Below are positions 54,451 through 54,994 of a stretch of 54,994 nt of DNA, piece after piece. A model generated the notes under the pieces. It was not told the origin of the DNA, searched no databases, and saw only the letters and a program-made list of their open reading frames with translations. The stretch comes from a virus. Lineage: Duplodnaviria > Caudoviricetes. Positions within the stretch are counted from its first letter, which is position 1, and each line of letters begins with the position of its first letter. The stretch spans positions 1 to 54,994 of IMG/VR virus record IMGVR_UViG_3300047352_000276. One strand, 5' to 3'. The position numbers and the translations under genes are program-made.

Positions 54451-54994
54451 TGGTAGCGATTTATGGAGCAGGTCTGGCAGGATTGCTGGCAGCTAATATG
54501 TTGAGGGGGATGAGCCCAACTGTGTTTGAGGCTCAAGGCTCCCTGCCCAACAACCATGGTGCGCTGTTGCGCTTCCGTAGCGACAAGGCTGGCACAGCTT
54601 GCGGCATCCCTTTCAAGAAGGTGCACGTGACCAAAGCAATCAAGTACGACGGCAAGATCACCACTGAGCCAAACCTGTTCCTGAGCAACATGTATTCCCA
54701 AAAGGTCACAGGCTCAATCATGAGCCGATCCATCAACAACCTCTCCGCAGCATCACGCTACATTGCCCCATGGCACCTGATCAGGGACATGTCCATGGGC
54801 GCAGAAATATCTTACAACATGAGCTTGTCCGAATACTCAATCGCCAACACTTCCGGACCAATCATCTCGACCATACCAATGCCAGTGTTGATGAAGATCG
54901 TCGGTTGGGACGAGATCCCAGACTTTCCCAAGCAAAAAATATACACCATCCGCGCAACCATTGACAAACCGGACTGCGATATATATCAGACCAT
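54450..54994 (+). CDS. FAD-dependent oxidoreductase/mutase-like flavoprotein, 5' part (continues at 1-549; ~312 aa in total)
   Basis: Not in the ORF track. ATG at 54450 after GGAGG; MVAIYGAGLAGLLAA...VFEA is a GxGxxG Rossmann motif; frame stays open into the terminal repeat. Confidence 0.85.
   Translation, partial: MVAIYGAGLAGLLAANMLRGMSPTVFEAQGSLPNNHGALLRFRSDKAGTACGIPFKKVHVTKAIKYDGKITTEPNLFLSNMYSQKVTGSIMSRSINNLSAASRYIAPWHLIRDMSMGAEISYNMSLSEYSIANTSGPIISTIPMPVLMKIVGWDEIPDFPKQKIYTIRATIDKPDCDIYQT
54840..54994. repeat. Terminal direct repeat, copy 2 (circular overlap)
   Basis: Matches 1-155; lies inside a reading frame that continues across the junction. Confidence 0.95.

Noticed and set aside
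54840-54994. Physical terminal repeat (T7-like DTR)
   Set aside because: It lies mid-gene with the frame continuing; better explained as assembly circularisation overlap
1-54994. Integrase/lysogeny module, tRNAs, introns or inteins
   Set aside because: No recombinase or repressor motifs recognised; core genes are uninterrupted and of normal length; no cloverleaf seen by eye (tRNAscan not run)

Overview
This window looks like a complete, circularly permuted ~54.8 kb lytic dsDNA tailed-phage genome. Bases 1-155 repeat at 54840-54994 with 3 mismatches, and one gene runs across the junction. A podovirus-like morphology and a marine alphaproteobacterial host are inferences, not shown. There are two arms. 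The + strand arm (48.3 kb through the junction to 13.4 kb) carries replication and nucleotide genes: SSB-like protein, AEP-type primase, UvrD-like helicase, DnaQ-like exonuclease, a DNA polymerase III alpha (DnaE), SNF2 helicase and a resolvase-like nuclease. The - strand arm (47.8 to 13.4 kb) carries terminases, portal, GroES, scaffold, capsid, tail, lysis and ejection genes. The most striking element is a tightly coupled operon leading into dnaQ-dnaE: a flavoprotein split by the junction, a ThyX with non-canonical active-site motifs, a DenV-like glycosylase, a HAD phosphatase, an Nmad1/DUF6378-like protein, an SDR and a VOC enzyme. It is a candidate new DNA base-modification or nucleotide-substitution pathway. 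Also notable: a four-member promoter/operator family, a repeat-rich divergence region, a shared C-terminal domain on two putative virion proteins, a stand-alone ART-like gene, twin-arginine-like motifs, an array of basic microproteins, and a cupredoxin-like site in a repeat protein. All protein calls are motif recognition by eye; no database searches were run. No tRNA, rRNA, CRISPR array or integrase was seen.
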